Source: a virus
Virus record (IMG/VR): IMGVR_UViG_3300021959_007301
Span: 1 to 64,000 of that record
Strand: one strand, 5' to 3'
DNA: 64,000 nucleotides
Shown here: positions 48,985 to 59,294 of the stretch, piece after piece
How positions within the stretch are numbered: the first letter of the stretch is position 1
Layout: every line of letters begins with the position of its first letter
The notes under the pieces: model-generated
Told to the model about the DNA's origin: nothing
The model's input: the letters and a program-made list of their open reading frames with translations, nothing else
Databases searched by the model: none
Made by a program: the position numbers and the translations under genes

Positions 48985-50514
48985 ATGGAATTATTTGGGT
49001 TTGAAATATCTCGTAAGAAAGACGAGTTAAGAACAACGGAGGTCAAAGGGCCTTCGTTTGTTCCACCTGTAGACGATGACGGAACACCTGTCATACAGAC
49101 ACAACCAGGCGGTTTTATCACTGGTGGTGCCTATGGGTCTTTTGTAGATTTTGATGGCAACATTAGGAATGAGGCAGAACTCATTCGTAGGTACAGAGAA
49201 GTCTCATTAGTACCTGAGTGTGACTCTGCCATCGAAGACATTATTAATGAGTGTATCACATCTGATTCAGCCGATAGGATTGTTTCACTCGATCTCAGAG
49301 ATGTTAAACTCTCTGATGGTATCAAGAGAAAGATACAAGACGAGTTTGCTTACATCCTATCCTTAATGAAGTTCAATCAGAACTCTCATGAAATTTTCAG
49401 AAAGTGGTACGTTGACGGAAGAATCTATCTGCATAAGGTAGTGAATTCGTCACGTGAGAAAGCTGGTATTGTAGATTTACGAATCATTGACCCTTTAAAA
49501 ATTAAAAAGGTTCGTAACGTAGAGAAAGAAAAAGACAAAAAGGGTATAGAAAAGATTACGAAGATTGAAGAGTACTTCATCTTCAACGACAAAGGTTTTG
49601 ACAAAACAGGGAGTGCAGGTGAAGGTGCAACCCTGAAAATTGCACCTGAGGCAGTAACATATACGACTTCAGGTCTGTTAGATTACACTAAGAATGTTGT
49701 AATCGGATACCTTCACAAAGCATTGAAGACTGCAAACCAGTTATCAATGATGGAAGATGCACTTGTTATCTATAGGATTTCAAGGGCACCTGAAAGAAGA
49801 ATTTTCTACATTGATGTAGGTAACCTTCCAAAGGCAAAGGCAGAACAATATCTTGCTGATGTTATGAACAAGTACAGAAACAAACTTGTTTATAATGCAC
49901 AAACAGGTGAGATAAAAGATGACCGTAAACATATGTCTATGATGGAAGACTTTTGGTTACCACGTAGAGAAGGTGGAAGAGGTACAGAAATTAGTACACT
50001 TCCAGGCGGACAGAATCTTTCAGAGATTGAAGATATAGAATACTTCAAGAAGAAACTATATCAGTCTCTGAATGTTCCTAGAAGTCGAATGGAGGCAGAC
50101 AATGGTTTTAACATGGGTCGTGCTTCTGAGATATCTAGGGACGAATTGAAGTTTAATAAGTTTACGAATAGACTTCAAAAGAAATTTGCAAGAGTGTTTA
50201 TTGATGTATTAAAAACACAACTTGTACTTAAAGAGATAGTCTCTGCAGAAGAATTTGATACAATCAAAGACTTCATGCAGTTTGATTATGCAACTGACAA
50301 CCACTTTACAGAGTTGAAAGATGCAGAAATCATGAGAGAAAGACTAGATACTTTAAGTCAAGCACAAGAATACATTGGTAAATACTTTAGTCATGAGTAT
50401 GTACGTAAATACATACTTAGACAAACAGAAGATGAAATGATCGTCCTCAATAAACAGATTGAAACTGAAAAAGAGGAAGGTGGTGATGACGAAGATGACT
50501 TCGGAGGATTTTAA
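48985..50514 (+). CDS. gp20: Portal vertex protein gp20
   Basis: WYVDGR, YRISRAPERRIFYIDVGNLPK.KAEQYL, EDFWLPRREGGRGTEI.TLPGG. Confidence 0.97.
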   Translation: MELFGFEISRKKDELRTTEVKGPSFVPPVDDDGTPVIQTQPGGFITGGAYGSFVDFDGNIRNEAELIRRYREVSLVPECDSAIEDIINECITSDSADRIVSLDLRDVKLSDGIKRKIQDEFAYILSLMKFNQNSHEIFRKWYVDGRIYLHKVVNSSREKAGIVDLRIIDPLKIKKVRNVEKEKDKKGIEKITKIEEYFIFNDKGFDKTGSAGEGATLKIAPEAVTYTTSGLLDYTKNVVIGYLHKALKTANQLSMMEDALVIYRISRAPERRIFYIDVGNLPKAKAEQYLADVMNKYRNKLVYNAQTGEIKDDRKHMSMMEDFWLPRREGGRGTEISTLPGGQNLSEIEDIEYFKKKLYQSLNVPRSRMEADNGFNMGRASEISRDELKFNKFTNRLQKKFARVFIDVLKTQLVLKEIVSAEEFDTIKDFMQFDYATDNHFTELKDAEIMRERLDTLSQAQEYIGKYFSHEYVRKYILRQTEDEMIVLNKQIETEKEEGGDDEDDFGGF

Positions 50515-50517
50515 TAA

Positions 50518-50697
50518 ATGAACGATGTAAGTAGAAAAGTTGTAGACCAAATCGAACAAGGTCAATGGAACGATGCAAAGGAAACTGCTTTTGATGGTAT
50601 CAAACAGAAAGCTGCAGAAGTTGTTGACATGAAAAGAGTTGAAATGCAACTAGATTGGATAAACAATCCAACACAAATAGGTGACGATTCCGAATGA
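50518..50697 (+). CDS. Small prohead core protein (gp67 position)
   Basis: 59 aa ORF translated by hand (MNDVSRKVVDQIEQGQWNDAKETAFDGIKQKAAEVVDMKRVEM...), lying between gp20 and gp21. Confidence 0.6.
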   Translation: MNDVSRKVVDQIEQGQWNDAKETAFDGIKQKAAEVVDMKRVEMQLDWINNPTQIGDDSE

Positions 50698-51002
50698 AAA
50701 CGTTTGCATCAATGTCAAAAGAGTTGAACGAATCAAAGTTCAAAGCACCTCGTGACCAAAAAGAGGTTAAGAGAGACATTGAGAAAGTCGGTGGAAAGAA
50801 GATTGAAATAGTCTTCACACAAGACAAGAAAGGGAAGATTCATGTCTACCTAAACGGTGATGATTTCACTGGAGGTAACCCTTATAAAGACATGAAACAG
50901 GCAGAAAAAGAAACAAAGGACATGAAGAAAATTATGTTACAAATGTCCTATGATGGAATCAATACTGGAGATATATTAGATGAAATTAATATCAGAATTT
51001 AA
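50694..51002 (+). CDS. Hypothetical prohead-associated protein (gp68 position)
   Basis: Position between gp20 and gp21; MKTF..M..ELNE N-terminus resembles a capsid-targeting/gp21 cleavage sequence. Confidence 0.5.
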   Translation: MKTFASMSKELNESKFKAPRDQKEVKRDIEKVGGKKIEIVFTQDKKGKIHVYLNGDDFTGGNPYKDMKQAEKETKDMKKIMLQMSYDGINTGDILDEINIRI

Positions 51003-51633
51003 CGATTACGCTGTATCACCTATTATCGTTGAAGAAAACGAAGATGGTAAAAAGGATTACTTCATCGAAGGTATCTTCATGCAGTCTGAAATAAAGAACA
51101 GAAATGGACGTGTTTACCCTAAAGATGTAATGGAAAAAGAGGTAAAACGTTACGTAAAAGAATTCGTTGAGAAAGGTAGAGCATTTGGTGAGTTGGGACA
51201 TCCTGACGGGCCAACTATCAATCTTGACAAAGTGTCACACTTAATTACCAAGTTAGAAGCTGACGGTAATAATTATGTGGGGCGTGCAAAAATTTTAAGT
51301 ACACCAAACGGTCAAATCGTAAGAAATTTAATCGATGATGGTGCAAAATTGGGTGTTTCTTCTAGAGGTCTAGGTTCACTAGAACAAAAGGGTGGCGCTC
51401 AATACGTGAAAAGTGACTTCCAACTTGCAACTGCAGGTGATATTGTTGCTGACCCATCCGCTCCTGAGGCATTTGTCGAAGGTATTATGGAAGGTGTTGA
51501 ATGGATATATGAAAATGGTATCCTGAAAGCACGTGAAGTAGAAGAGATGAGAGAAACAATTAAGTCTGCAAAACTCAATAAATTGCAGGAAGTTAAATTA
51601 AATGCATGGAAAAGGTTTGTTGAAAACCTTTAA
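50980..51633 (+). CDS. gp21: Prohead protease gp21
   Basis: IEGIFMQ....NRNGRVYP, GELGHP, GVSSRGLGS, D.VADPSAP.AFV. Confidence 0.96.
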   Translation: MKLISEFNDYAVSPIIVEENEDGKKDYFIEGIFMQSEIKNRNGRVYPKDVMEKEVKRYVKEFVEKGRAFGELGHPDGPTINLDKVSHLITKLEADGNNYVGRAKILSTPNGQIVRNLIDDGAKLGVSSRGLGSLEQKGGAQYVKSDFQLATAGDIVADPSAPEAFVEGIMEGVEWIYENGILKAREVEEMRETIKSAKLNKLQEVKLNAWKRFVENL

Positions 51634-51673
51634 CATATAAATAAATAATATAAAACTCAAACAGGAGAAAAGA

Positions 51674-53038
51674 ATGGCAGAGTTAGATAAAAACCTAGAA
51701 ACAGTTGAAGAAACTGTGGAGGCTATTGAGGAAGGTCAACAACCTGATTCAAAAGCAGAAAAGGGTGACAAAGCGCCTGTAAAACAAGGTTCATCTGATG
51801 CCGCTAAAATAGAAAGTGGTAAAGGTGAAGTCGTCAAACCTGAAGAAAATCCTGTTGACAAAGCAGTTGCATCCGTCAAGTCTGCTGAGAAAGGTACTAA
51901 AGAAGTTAGTAATGATTCTCAACAGAAAGGTGAGGGTAAACCTGATGCACAACCTAAATTGAAAAAAGTTTCAGAGGGCGAAGATTCTGAAAAGGATTCA
52001 CCATCTAAGATGGAAACAATTAAGGCAATGGTCAACGCAATGAAGGGTATGGATAAAGAAAAACTTCAGGCAATGTTCTCTAAAGTCAAGGATGACGAAG
52101 AGGAAGTTGACGAATCCTTAACAAAGGCAGAAATCGCTCGAAACATCGTTGAACTTATGAAAAAGAAAGAAGACGATGATGTTAAAAAAGTTATGTCTGA
52201 AATGGAAGATGAAGACGAAGTCGAAGACGAAGATGATGAGGAAGAAAAAGTAGATGAGCAATTGTCTGCTGACCTCGAATCAGAGTTAGTAGAGATGGAA
52301 ATAGATGACGACCTATCTGCAATCTCAGAAGCTCTTGACTTATCAGAAGAAAACACTGAAAAAGCAAGAACTATCTTTAAAGCTGCAGTGTCTTCTAAAG
52401 TCTCAGAAATCAAGACAGAACTTGAAGAACAATACAACGAACAACTAAAAACCTCGACAGAAGAAGTCAAGAACGACCTTGCAGAAGCAGTGGACAAGTA
52501 CATGACTTATTGTGCAGAAGAGTGGACGAAAGAAAACGAACTTGCAATCGAAAGAGGTTTGAGGTCAGAAATGACAGAAAACTTTATTGAAGGTCTAAAA
52601 ACATTATTCGTAGAACACTACGTTGATGTTCCTGAAGACAAGTACGATGTCATTGACGAACTCGCAAATCGTCTCGATGAGATGGAAGCAAAACTTGACA
52701 GTGAAGTCCAAAAAAATATGGAAATAGCTGAAGAGAATGATTCACTCAAGAGAAGTAACGTGATCAGAGAAGCCTGCAAAGACTTAACTGAATCACAAAA
52801 AGAGAAGATGGTTTCATTATCAAATGGTGTAGACTTCACAGATATCGAAGACTTTAGTGATAAAGTTAACGAACTCAAAGAAGCATACTTTCCAGTTGAA
52901 GGTGAAACAATTGCAGAAGAAACAAGGGTAGAGGAAGGAACAGGAACTTTAGAAGAAGAAGCATCTTCAGATAAAGTCACTAACCCAACAATGTCTAAGT
53001 ATGCTACTGCAATATCTAAATTAAAACCATTAGGTTAA
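51674..53038 (+). CDS. gp22: Prohead scaffold gp22
   Basis: Acidic; IF.AAV, VDKY..Y..EEW..EN.LA.E.G, F.EHY.DVP; precedes gp23. Confidence 0.9.
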   Translation: MAELDKNLETVEETVEAIEEGQQPDSKAEKGDKAPVKQGSSDAAKIESGKGEVVKPEENPVDKAVASVKSAEKGTKEVSNDSQQKGEGKPDAQPKLKKVSEGEDSEKDSPSKMETIKAMVNAMKGMDKEKLQAMFSKVKDDEEEVDESLTKAEIARNIVELMKKKEDDDVKKVMSEMEDEDEVEDEDDEEEKVDEQLSADLESELVEMEIDDDLSAISEALDLSEENTEKARTIFKAAVSSKVSEIKTELEEQYNEQLKTSTEEVKNDLAEAVDKYMTYCAEEWTKENELAIERGLRSEMTENFIEGLKTLFVEHYVDVPEDKYDVIDELANRLDEMEAKLDSEVQKNMEIAEENDSLKRSNVIREACKDLTESQKEKMVSLSNGVDFTDIEDFSDKVNELKEAYFPVEGETIAEETRVEEGTGTLEEEASSDKVTNPTMSKYATAISKLKPLG

Positions 53039-53059
53039 TTTAAAGGGGAAACTTAAAAA

Positions 53060-54364
53060 ATGTTTTTATCAGAAAACTTACAAGAAAAGTGGCAGCCGAT
53101 TCTAGAACACTCTGATCTTCCTGAGATCAAAGACAACTACAAGAAAGCAGTCACAGCAGTAATCCTTGAAAACCAAGAGAAAGCTCTAAACGAAGATAGA
53201 GCATCTCTTCAAGAAGCTGCACCTTTAAATGCTACTGGTAGTTCTGCAATTTCTAACTGGGATCCAATCTTGATCTCATTAGTACGTAGAGCTATGCCAA
53301 ATCTCGTTGCTTACGACATTTGTGGTGTTCAACCAATGACAGGCCCAACAGGTCTTATCTTTGCCATGAAGGCAAGATATAATGACTATCCTTCTGCTGG
53401 AAGAGAAAGTCAATCTGAAGCTATGGGTATCAACGAAGTTAGAACTGGGAACTCCGCTACAAACGGCCCAAATAGTTCAGCTGGTGTTGATGCTGATCCA
53501 TCAAACGACCCATTCGCAGGTGGATATGATACAGATACAGTCGGTGGTATGAGTACTGCAACTGCAGAAGCATTAGGTGATTCATCATCTAACGCATTCA
53601 ACGAGATGTCATTCACAATTGAAAAAGCAACTGTGACTGCCAAATCCAGAGCATTAAAAGCAGAGTACACACTCGAACTTGCACAAGACCTTAAAGCAAT
53701 CCACGGTCTAGATGCAGAATCAGAACTTGCAAACATTCTTTCATCAGAAATCCTTGCAGAAATCAACAGAGAAGTTGTTAGAGAAGTAAACCTTCAAGCT
53801 AAAACAGGTGCCTCAGGTACTGCTTCAGCTGGTACTTTCAACTTAGACGTTGATGCAAACGGTAGATGGTCAGTAGAGAAGTTTAAAGGATTGTTATTCC
53901 AAATCGAAAGAGAATCAAACGTAATCGCTAAAGAATCAAGAAGAGGTAAAGGTAACTTTATCCTTTGTTCTTCAGACGTAGCGTCTGCTCTTTCAATGGC
54001 TGGTGTATTAGATTACGCACCTGCATTATCAACTAACTTAAACGTTGACGACACAGGCAATACTTTTGCTGGTGTATTAAACGGTAGAGTTAAAGTATAC
54101 ATCGACCCATATGCTGGTGTTGATTACTTAACAGTTGGTTACAGAGGGTCTAACCCTTATGATGCTGGTATGTTCTATTGCCCATACGTTCCATTACAAA
54201 TGGTACGTGCCGTTGGTGAGAATACATTCCAACCAAAAATTGGTTTCAAAACAAGATACGGTATGGTGTCTAATCCATTCGTGGGTTCAACTCCAACAAG
54301 CGGTCTTGCTACCAATGGGACAAACTTCTACTACAGAAAGATGGCAGTGTCCAACATTCTGTAA
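53060..54364 (+). CDS. gp23: Major capsid protein gp23
   Basis: KW.PIL, LVRRAMPNL.AYD.CGVQPM.GPTGLIFAM, SRALKAEYT.ELAQDLKA.HGLDAE, FQPKIGFKTRYG. Confidence 0.98.
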   Translation: MFLSENLQEKWQPILEHSDLPEIKDNYKKAVTAVILENQEKALNEDRASLQEAAPLNATGSSAISNWDPILISLVRRAMPNLVAYDICGVQPMTGPTGLIFAMKARYNDYPSAGRESQSEAMGINEVRTGNSATNGPNSSAGVDADPSNDPFAGGYDTDTVGGMSTATAEALGDSSSNAFNEMSFTIEKATVTAKSRALKAEYTLELAQDLKAIHGLDAESELANILSSEILAEINREVVREVNLQAKTGASGTASAGTFNLDVDANGRWSVEKFKGLLFQIERESNVIAKESRRGKGNFILCSSDVASALSMAGVLDYAPALSTNLNVDDTGNTFAGVLNGRVKVYIDPYAGVDYLTVGYRGSNPYDAGMFYCPYVPLQMVRAVGENTFQPKIGFKTRYGMVSNPFVGSTPTSGLATNGTNFYYRKMAVSNIL

Positions 54365-54395
54365 GACGAAAGTCTCGTTCCTTAATCGGAACACT

Positions 54396-54424
54396 AAAAA
54401 GGTCTCTCACGAGACCTTTTTTTT
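54396..54424 (+). terminator. Rho-independent terminator after gp23
   Basis: aaaaa-ggtctc-tcac-gagacc-tttttttt. Confidence 0.85.
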
Positions 54425-54484
54425 GACCTAAATAAAAGTGTATCCAAGTGGATACAATTACACATACACACACAGGAGAAAAAT

Positions 54485-54700
54485 ATGAGTAATACTAAAT
54501 CAGGGTACGAAATCCGTGCCGACCTATTATCTCTCGCAGAGGGAATCATCATCAACAACATCGAAAATGAAAGACAGACCATTCATTCGTGGAATGATAA
54601 TCATGCTGAATCTAAAAAGGAATTGCCTTTAAGGACTTATTCAGTGCAAGATGTTATTGACAATGCAAAACAATTAAACGATTTTGTAAACGAGAAATAA
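54485..54700 (+). CDS. Hypothetical protein
   Basis: RBS AGGAG; SGYEIR.DLL..A ... VI..AKQLN.FV pattern. Confidence 0.7.
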   Translation: MSNTKSGYEIRADLLSLAEGIIINNIENERQTIHSWNDNHAESKKELPLRTYSVQDVIDNAKQLNDFVNEK

Positions 54701-54752
54701 CATAAATAGTATTATGGGGTAGATTTACTACCCCATTTTCAGAGGAATAATT

Positions 54753-54977
54753 ATGTCAGAATATGCAAAAAATGTGAAAGTGTTAGAAGGCCCATGGGAG
54801 AGAGAAGCATTCCCTGATGGTGTCGAAACAACCAATGTATTGAGTAGAACTATTACTACAACATACATTCAAGATGGGTATCTTTGTGAAAAGATTGTTA
54901 CTAGAGAATATCGTGGTGACGACTATCAAGATACAACATCGACAAAAAGGATTATAAAACTTGGCAACAATCAATAA
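54753..54977 (+). CDS. Hypothetical protein
   Basis: RBS GAGG; preceded by the hairpin atggggtag-attta-ctaccccat. Confidence 0.6.
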   Translation: MSEYAKNVKVLEGPWEREAFPDGVETTNVLSRTITTTYIQDGYLCEKIVTREYRGDDYQDTTSTKRIIKLGNNQ

Positions 54978-55497
54978 GTCTATACTCAACAAGAACAATT
55001 TTAGATTGTTAGTAGACAAAGTACCCACAGTGGAGTACTATGTAAAGTCTGTTAACATTCCAGGCATGTCATTCTCAGAAACTACATCTGCTGCAGGTGT
55101 GGGTTTGGATGCATATTTTCCTGGCGACAAAGTGTCATTCGATACACTTGATGTCACGTTCTTGGTAGACGAAGACTTAGAAAACTTTAAAGAAATCTAC
55201 GATTGGATGGATGCAATTGTTCCTATTGCAAATCCTGAAGCATACTCTGCATACGTAGATTCCATCAAAACTGGTTCAGGTACTTACAGTTCAGTAGAAA
55301 ATGACCTAAACCAATACAGTGACATTACACTAGTAATGAACACTAACAAAAACGTTCCCAATAGATTCTTCAGATTCCATGACTGTTTCCCTATCTCATT
55401 AGGTGCATTAGAATTGGAATCAGGTGCAGAAGCAGAAGCAGTATCGACCACAGTGTCATTCAGATTCACATATTACGAGATAGAATCCACTTCCTAA
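54961..55497 (+). CDS. gp3: Tail completion protein gp3-like
   Basis: F.L.....P.VEY....VNIPG, PGDK..F..L.VTFLVDE.L.N..EI..W, F.F.D.FP.SL. Confidence 0.88.
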   Translation: MATINKSILNKNNFRLLVDKVPTVEYYVKSVNIPGMSFSETTSAAGVGLDAYFPGDKVSFDTLDVTFLVDEDLENFKEIYDWMDAIVPIANPEAYSAYVDSIKTGSGTYSSVENDLNQYSDITLVMNTNKNVPNRFFRFHDCFPISLGALELESGAEAEAVSTTVSFRFTYYEIESTS

Positions 55498-55551
55498 AAC
55501 ACCATAAATATGGTATAATAGTAGAAAATACTACTATTGGATTTTTATATT

Positions 55552-55995
55552 ATGAATTTAGATGAAATTAAAGAGATGTGGAAAGTCGATTGTGAAATCG
55601 ATGATATTGAATTAGATAAGTCCTCACTAGAAGTCCCAAGACTTCATGCAAAATACTCAGACTTACTATCCAGTAAGCTCATACTCTTAAAACAATATCA
55701 GATGAAATACGATACACTACTTAAAGATAAGTGGTTATGGTATAACGGAAAGATGGATGAGAATCGTATCAAAGAACTGGGATGGAATCCTGACCCATTT
55801 GATGGACTCAAAGTCATGAAGAATGACATGAACATTTTTTACAATTCTGATGAAGATTTACAAAAACTAAACGTCAAACTTGAATACCTTAAAATTACCA
55901 TTGAGTTTCTAAAAGAGTGTATGCAAAACATCACATGGAGACATCAAACTATTAAGAATACAATTGATTGGCGTAAATTTATGAGTGGTGCATAA
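55552..55995 (+). CDS. uvsY: Recombination mediator UvsY
   Basis: W..DC.ID..ELD..SL.VP.LH.KY, Y.GK, R...IKN.IDWRKF..G; ATG 55552 preferred. Confidence 0.9.
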   Translation: MNLDEIKEMWKVDCEIDDIELDKSSLEVPRLHAKYSDLLSSKLILLKQYQMKYDTLLKDKWLWYNGKMDENRIKELGWNPDPFDGLKVMKNDMNIFYNSDEDLQKLNVKLEYLKITIEFLKECMQNITWRHQTIKNTIDWRKFMSGA

Positions 55996-56675
55996 TGATA
56001 TTAAATAACTACTGTACATTTATAACAGAATTCTTCACAGATGAAGAAGTTGCTCTAATTCACAAATCTGCAGATAAGATACCTGTAGATTACGGTAGAG
56101 TTGGTTTTGCAGAAAGTGACCCTGATGGTCTTGAAGAAGATTTCAATGTTAAAAATGAAATACGTCAATCTGAAATCAAATGGTTTGGTAAAAATGGACA
56201 TGAAATGCCTGAATCTATAGTAAACAAAATTCATGAAGGTGTTGGAGTGATGGTACAAGATGCAGGGTGGAGTAATTGGGAATATGATTACTTAGAACCC
56301 CTTCAATACACAATCTATAAACACAGACCTGATGCACCTACAGGAGACTTTTACACATGGCACACAGATGCAGGGCCTGAAGTGTATAGAGAAGGTGGAA
56401 TGAGAAAGTTGAGTTTTAGTATTCAGTTATCTCATCCTGATGATTATGAGGGTGGTCATTTTGAATATATTGATTCAAAACGTGCTTTTGATACATTGAA
56501 ATTAAATCAACAAACAATTGATGTTGATAACATCATTCAACCTTTGCCATTCTCTGCAAAGGAAAAGGGTAGCATGATTGTATTCCCCTCATTCGTACAT
56601 CACCAAGTCAAACCTGTTACAAGTGGTACACGAATCTCATTAGTAGGATGGTTAGTAGGTAAACCATACGTTTAA
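55995..56675 (+). CDS. 2OG-Fe(II) oxygenase (PKHD/prolyl 4-hydroxylase-like)
   Basis: LQYT.Y, Y.WHTD, RKLS.SIQLS...DYEGG, G..IVFPSF..HQV.PVT.G.R.SLV.W. Confidence 0.88.
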   Translation: MILNNYCTFITEFFTDEEVALIHKSADKIPVDYGRVGFAESDPDGLEEDFNVKNEIRQSEIKWFGKNGHEMPESIVNKIHEGVGVMVQDAGWSNWEYDYLEPLQYTIYKHRPDAPTGDFYTWHTDAGPEVYREGGMRKLSFSIQLSHPDDYEGGHFEYIDSKRAFDTLKLNQQTIDVDNIIQPLPFSAKEKGSMIVFPSFVHHQVKPVTSGTRISLVGWLVGKPYV

Positions 56676-56676
56676 T

Positions 56677-58137
56677 ATGGAAAGAGTAACGGTTCGTAAA
56701 GTCGATGATGTCTTTATGCAAGTTAATTGTGATGACTCTCTTGCACGTGACCTTTACGACTTCTTTTCTTTTACAGTGCCAGGCGCAAAGTTTATGCCGT
56801 CCTATAAAAATAAATTTTGGGATGGTAAGGTACGACTCTTCTCTCTAAAAACTAAAAAGATTTATATCGGACTACTACCATACGTTGATGAGTTCTGCAG
56901 AGAACGTGGATTTGAGTTTGGTGGTATTGAAGATGTCATAGGTGAAAAGACACTCCTTACAGATGAGGATGTTGATTTCTTTATTAACGGTGATGACCTA
57001 ATTCCAGGCTTGGGTCTTCCATTTGAACCACGTGATTATCAAATAGATGCATTTAAAACTGCAGTGCAATATGGTAGACAACTTCTACTATCACCAACTG
57101 CAAGTGGTAAATCACTTATTATATACATGTTGTGTAGGTGGTTTGAGGGAGAAATGTCTTTACCTAACTGTAAGACCGTTATAATCGTTCCTACGACATC
57201 TCTAGTGGAACAGATGAGTAAAGACTTTGAGGAGTATGGATACAAAGAAAAAATTTGTAAGATATACCATGGACAAGAAGTGTTTGATGCACCTATTACC
57301 ATTACCACATGGCAGAGTTTCGCTAAAGCACCTAAAGAAACATTACAGTCATTCGATGTAGTCATCGGAGACGAAGCACACTTATTCAAAGCACAAACAC
57401 TTAAGAGTATACTAGAGAAGATGTCTTCCACTGGTTTCCGTATAGGTACTACAGGTACACTTGATGGAACTGAAGTTCATAGACTACAACTTGAAGGATT
57501 ATTTGGGCCTGTCAAAAAAGTTATATCAACTGCAAAACTAATTGAAGACGGAACGATTGCAAATCTTTCTATCGATTGTGTCATACTTCGTCATACTAAA
57601 CAGAAAAAAATGTCGTATCAAGATGAGATGGATTACTTAGTATCTCATGAAAAACGTAATGAATTCATCTGTAATCTAGTGTACAGTTTAAAAGGCAATA
57701 CACTTGTACTTTTTCAATATGTCGAAAAACATGGAGTTCTTCTACACGATAAAATGTCATGTCGATTGGGTGAACAATTACACTATGTCTATGGTGGAAC
57801 CGATACCAAGGATAGGGAGAACGTAAGGGAAATCGTTGAGAAAGCAAATGACAACGTCATACTGGCGTCATACGGTACCTTTTCAACTGGTGTTAACATT
57901 AAGAAGATTGATAATGTAGTCTTTGCATCTCCTTCCAAATCACGAATAAGAAACCTACAGTCTATTGGTAGGGGTTTACGTAAGACTGAAGGGAAGGATA
58001 AAATGAGATTATTTGATATTGCCGATGATCTACAATGTGAGAACTTTACGTTGAGTCACCTCAAAGAAAGAATAAATATATACAATGAGGAACAATTTCC
58101 ATATGAGATTCAACAGTTCGAACTGAAAGATGACTAG
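56677..58137 (+). CDS. uvsW: DNA helicase UvsW
   Basis: PRDYQ, SPTASGKS, DEAH, GTTGTL, QSIGRGLR. Confidence 0.95.
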   Translation: MERVTVRKVDDVFMQVNCDDSLARDLYDFFSFTVPGAKFMPSYKNKFWDGKVRLFSLKTKKIYIGLLPYVDEFCRERGFEFGGIEDVIGEKTLLTDEDVDFFINGDDLIPGLGLPFEPRDYQIDAFKTAVQYGRQLLLSPTASGKSLIIYMLCRWFEGEMSLPNCKTVIIVPTTSLVEQMSKDFEEYGYKEKICKIYHGQEVFDAPITITTWQSFAKAPKETLQSFDVVIGDEAHLFKAQTLKSILEKMSSTGFRIGTTGTLDGTEVHRLQLEGLFGPVKKVISTAKLIEDGTIANLSIDCVILRHTKQKKMSYQDEMDYLVSHEKRNEFICNLVYSLKGNTLVLFQYVEKHGVLLHDKMSCRLGEQLHYVYGGTDTKDRENVREIVEKANDNVILASYGTFSTGVNIKKIDNVVFASPSKSRIRNLQSIGRGLRKTEGKDKMRLFDIADDLQCENFTLSHLKERINIYNEEQFPYEIQQFELKDD

Positions 58138-58669
58138 CCCAAGAGATTTAAGTCTAATCCCAACAAAGTATGAAATACTTCGTCTTGATACAGGTCAAGA
58201 AGTGATAGGTATGACTCGACAAAATGGTAACATTGTTGAAGTAACTCTACCTATGATTTGTCATTTATCAGTAACAATGAGAGGTAAAACTCTTGCAACA
58301 TTCTATCCATACTCACCTCTAACCTCAGATACAGTTGTAAAAATTCCTGAAGAAATGATTCTTCATAGAAACAAAGTTAATCCTCAAGTTGTGCCGTTGT
58401 ATGACAATGCATCCACCAGTTGGTTAACTATGTTAGAAAACAAAAGTATACCACTTGCAAATAAGTTATCAAAAGATGATAACGTAGATGTACGAAACAA
58501 TGTAGACGAACTTTTAAGACAACTCTATGAAGATAAACATATGGCAACAGAAGAGGAGTTTTTAGAAATGATGGAACAGGAATTTCTCAATAGTGAAAAA
58601 GACTCTGAAGACCCATATAAGAAATTTAAAAGATTGACTCCACCAAAAGACAAGAAAAAAATTCACTAA
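58130..58669 (+). CDS. Conserved T4-like hypothetical protein downstream of UvsW
   Basis: ILRL.TGQEVIG N-terminus and KK.IH C-terminus; position. Confidence 0.6.
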   Translation: MTSPRDLSLIPTKYEILRLDTGQEVIGMTRQNGNIVEVTLPMICHLSVTMRGKTLATFYPYSPLTSDTVVKIPEEMILHRNKVNPQVVPLYDNASTSWLTMLENKSIPLANKLSKDDNVDVRNNVDELLRQLYEDKHMATEEEFLEMMEQEFLNSEKDSEDPYKKFKRLTPPKDKKKIH

Positions 58670-58757
58670 ACTATTTTGTTAGAACTGAAAGTTTTATAAA
58701 TATCCACGTGTATAACTTGGTGTTATACCATATTATTAATGGAGTTTATAAAAGAAA

Positions 58758-58880
58758 GTGACCGAGTTAGTCAAAAAATTAAAAAAAGTAGATGGTCAAA
58801 CAATTGTGGAGGGAATGGAAATAGGTATTCTCGTATCTGTATTTTTTATCTGTACAATGGCAATTGCACCTATCGTATAA
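58758..58880 (+). CDS. Small membrane peptide (40 aa)
   Basis: Hand translation from GTG after GGAG: MTELVKKLKKVDGQTIVEGMEIGILVSVFFICTMAIAPIV. Confidence 0.5.
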   Translation: MTELVKKLKKVDGQTIVEGMEIGILVSVFFICTMAIAPIV

Positions 58881-58881
58881 C

Positions 58882-59037
58882 ATGGAAGAAATAGCAATAT
58901 CAGTTTTATCGATAATCGTTAGTTATTTTTATTTGAAGTATGCGCCTATGAATGATATCAGAGGTGCAATTTATTATGCAGAACACATTGCAAATCAGAA
59001 ACACAAAAATGAATCAGTTGGAAATACCACTAAATAA
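58882..59037 (+). CDS. Small membrane peptide (51 aa)
   Basis: Hand translation MEEIAISVLSIIVSYFYLKYAPMNDIRGAIYYAEH...; starts 1 nt after the previous stop. Confidence 0.5.
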   Translation: MEEIAISVLSIIVSYFYLKYAPMNDIRGAIYYAEHIANQKHKNESVGNTTK

Positions 59038-59206
59038 ACCAAAGGATGCAACTCCTGAAGAGGTTGTAGAATGGAGGGAAACGGATTTCTTTTCAAAAGG
59101 TGATTTCGATGTCATGAAACTGTTTGTCGTCATTCCTGCTGTTGTTCAGGTTGTCATGTTTAGTTTCATGTTAGGTGTATTTTATATAAACAATCTCTTT
59201 ATATAA
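59009..59206 (+). CDS. Small membrane protein
   Basis: MNQLEIPLNKPKDATPEEVVEWRETDFF followed by a hydrophobic C-terminus; start uncertain (58952 in the ORF track). Confidence 0.55.
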   Translation: MNQLEIPLNKPKDATPEEVVEWRETDFFSKGDFDVMKLFVVIPAVVQVVMFSFMLGVFYINNLFI

Positions 59207-59294
59207 TATATTCCCTGTGGGACATAATCATTTTATCATAGATTTCTGAAAACACAAGGGGTTTTTTAAAAAAACTTCATATAAATACTAGATA

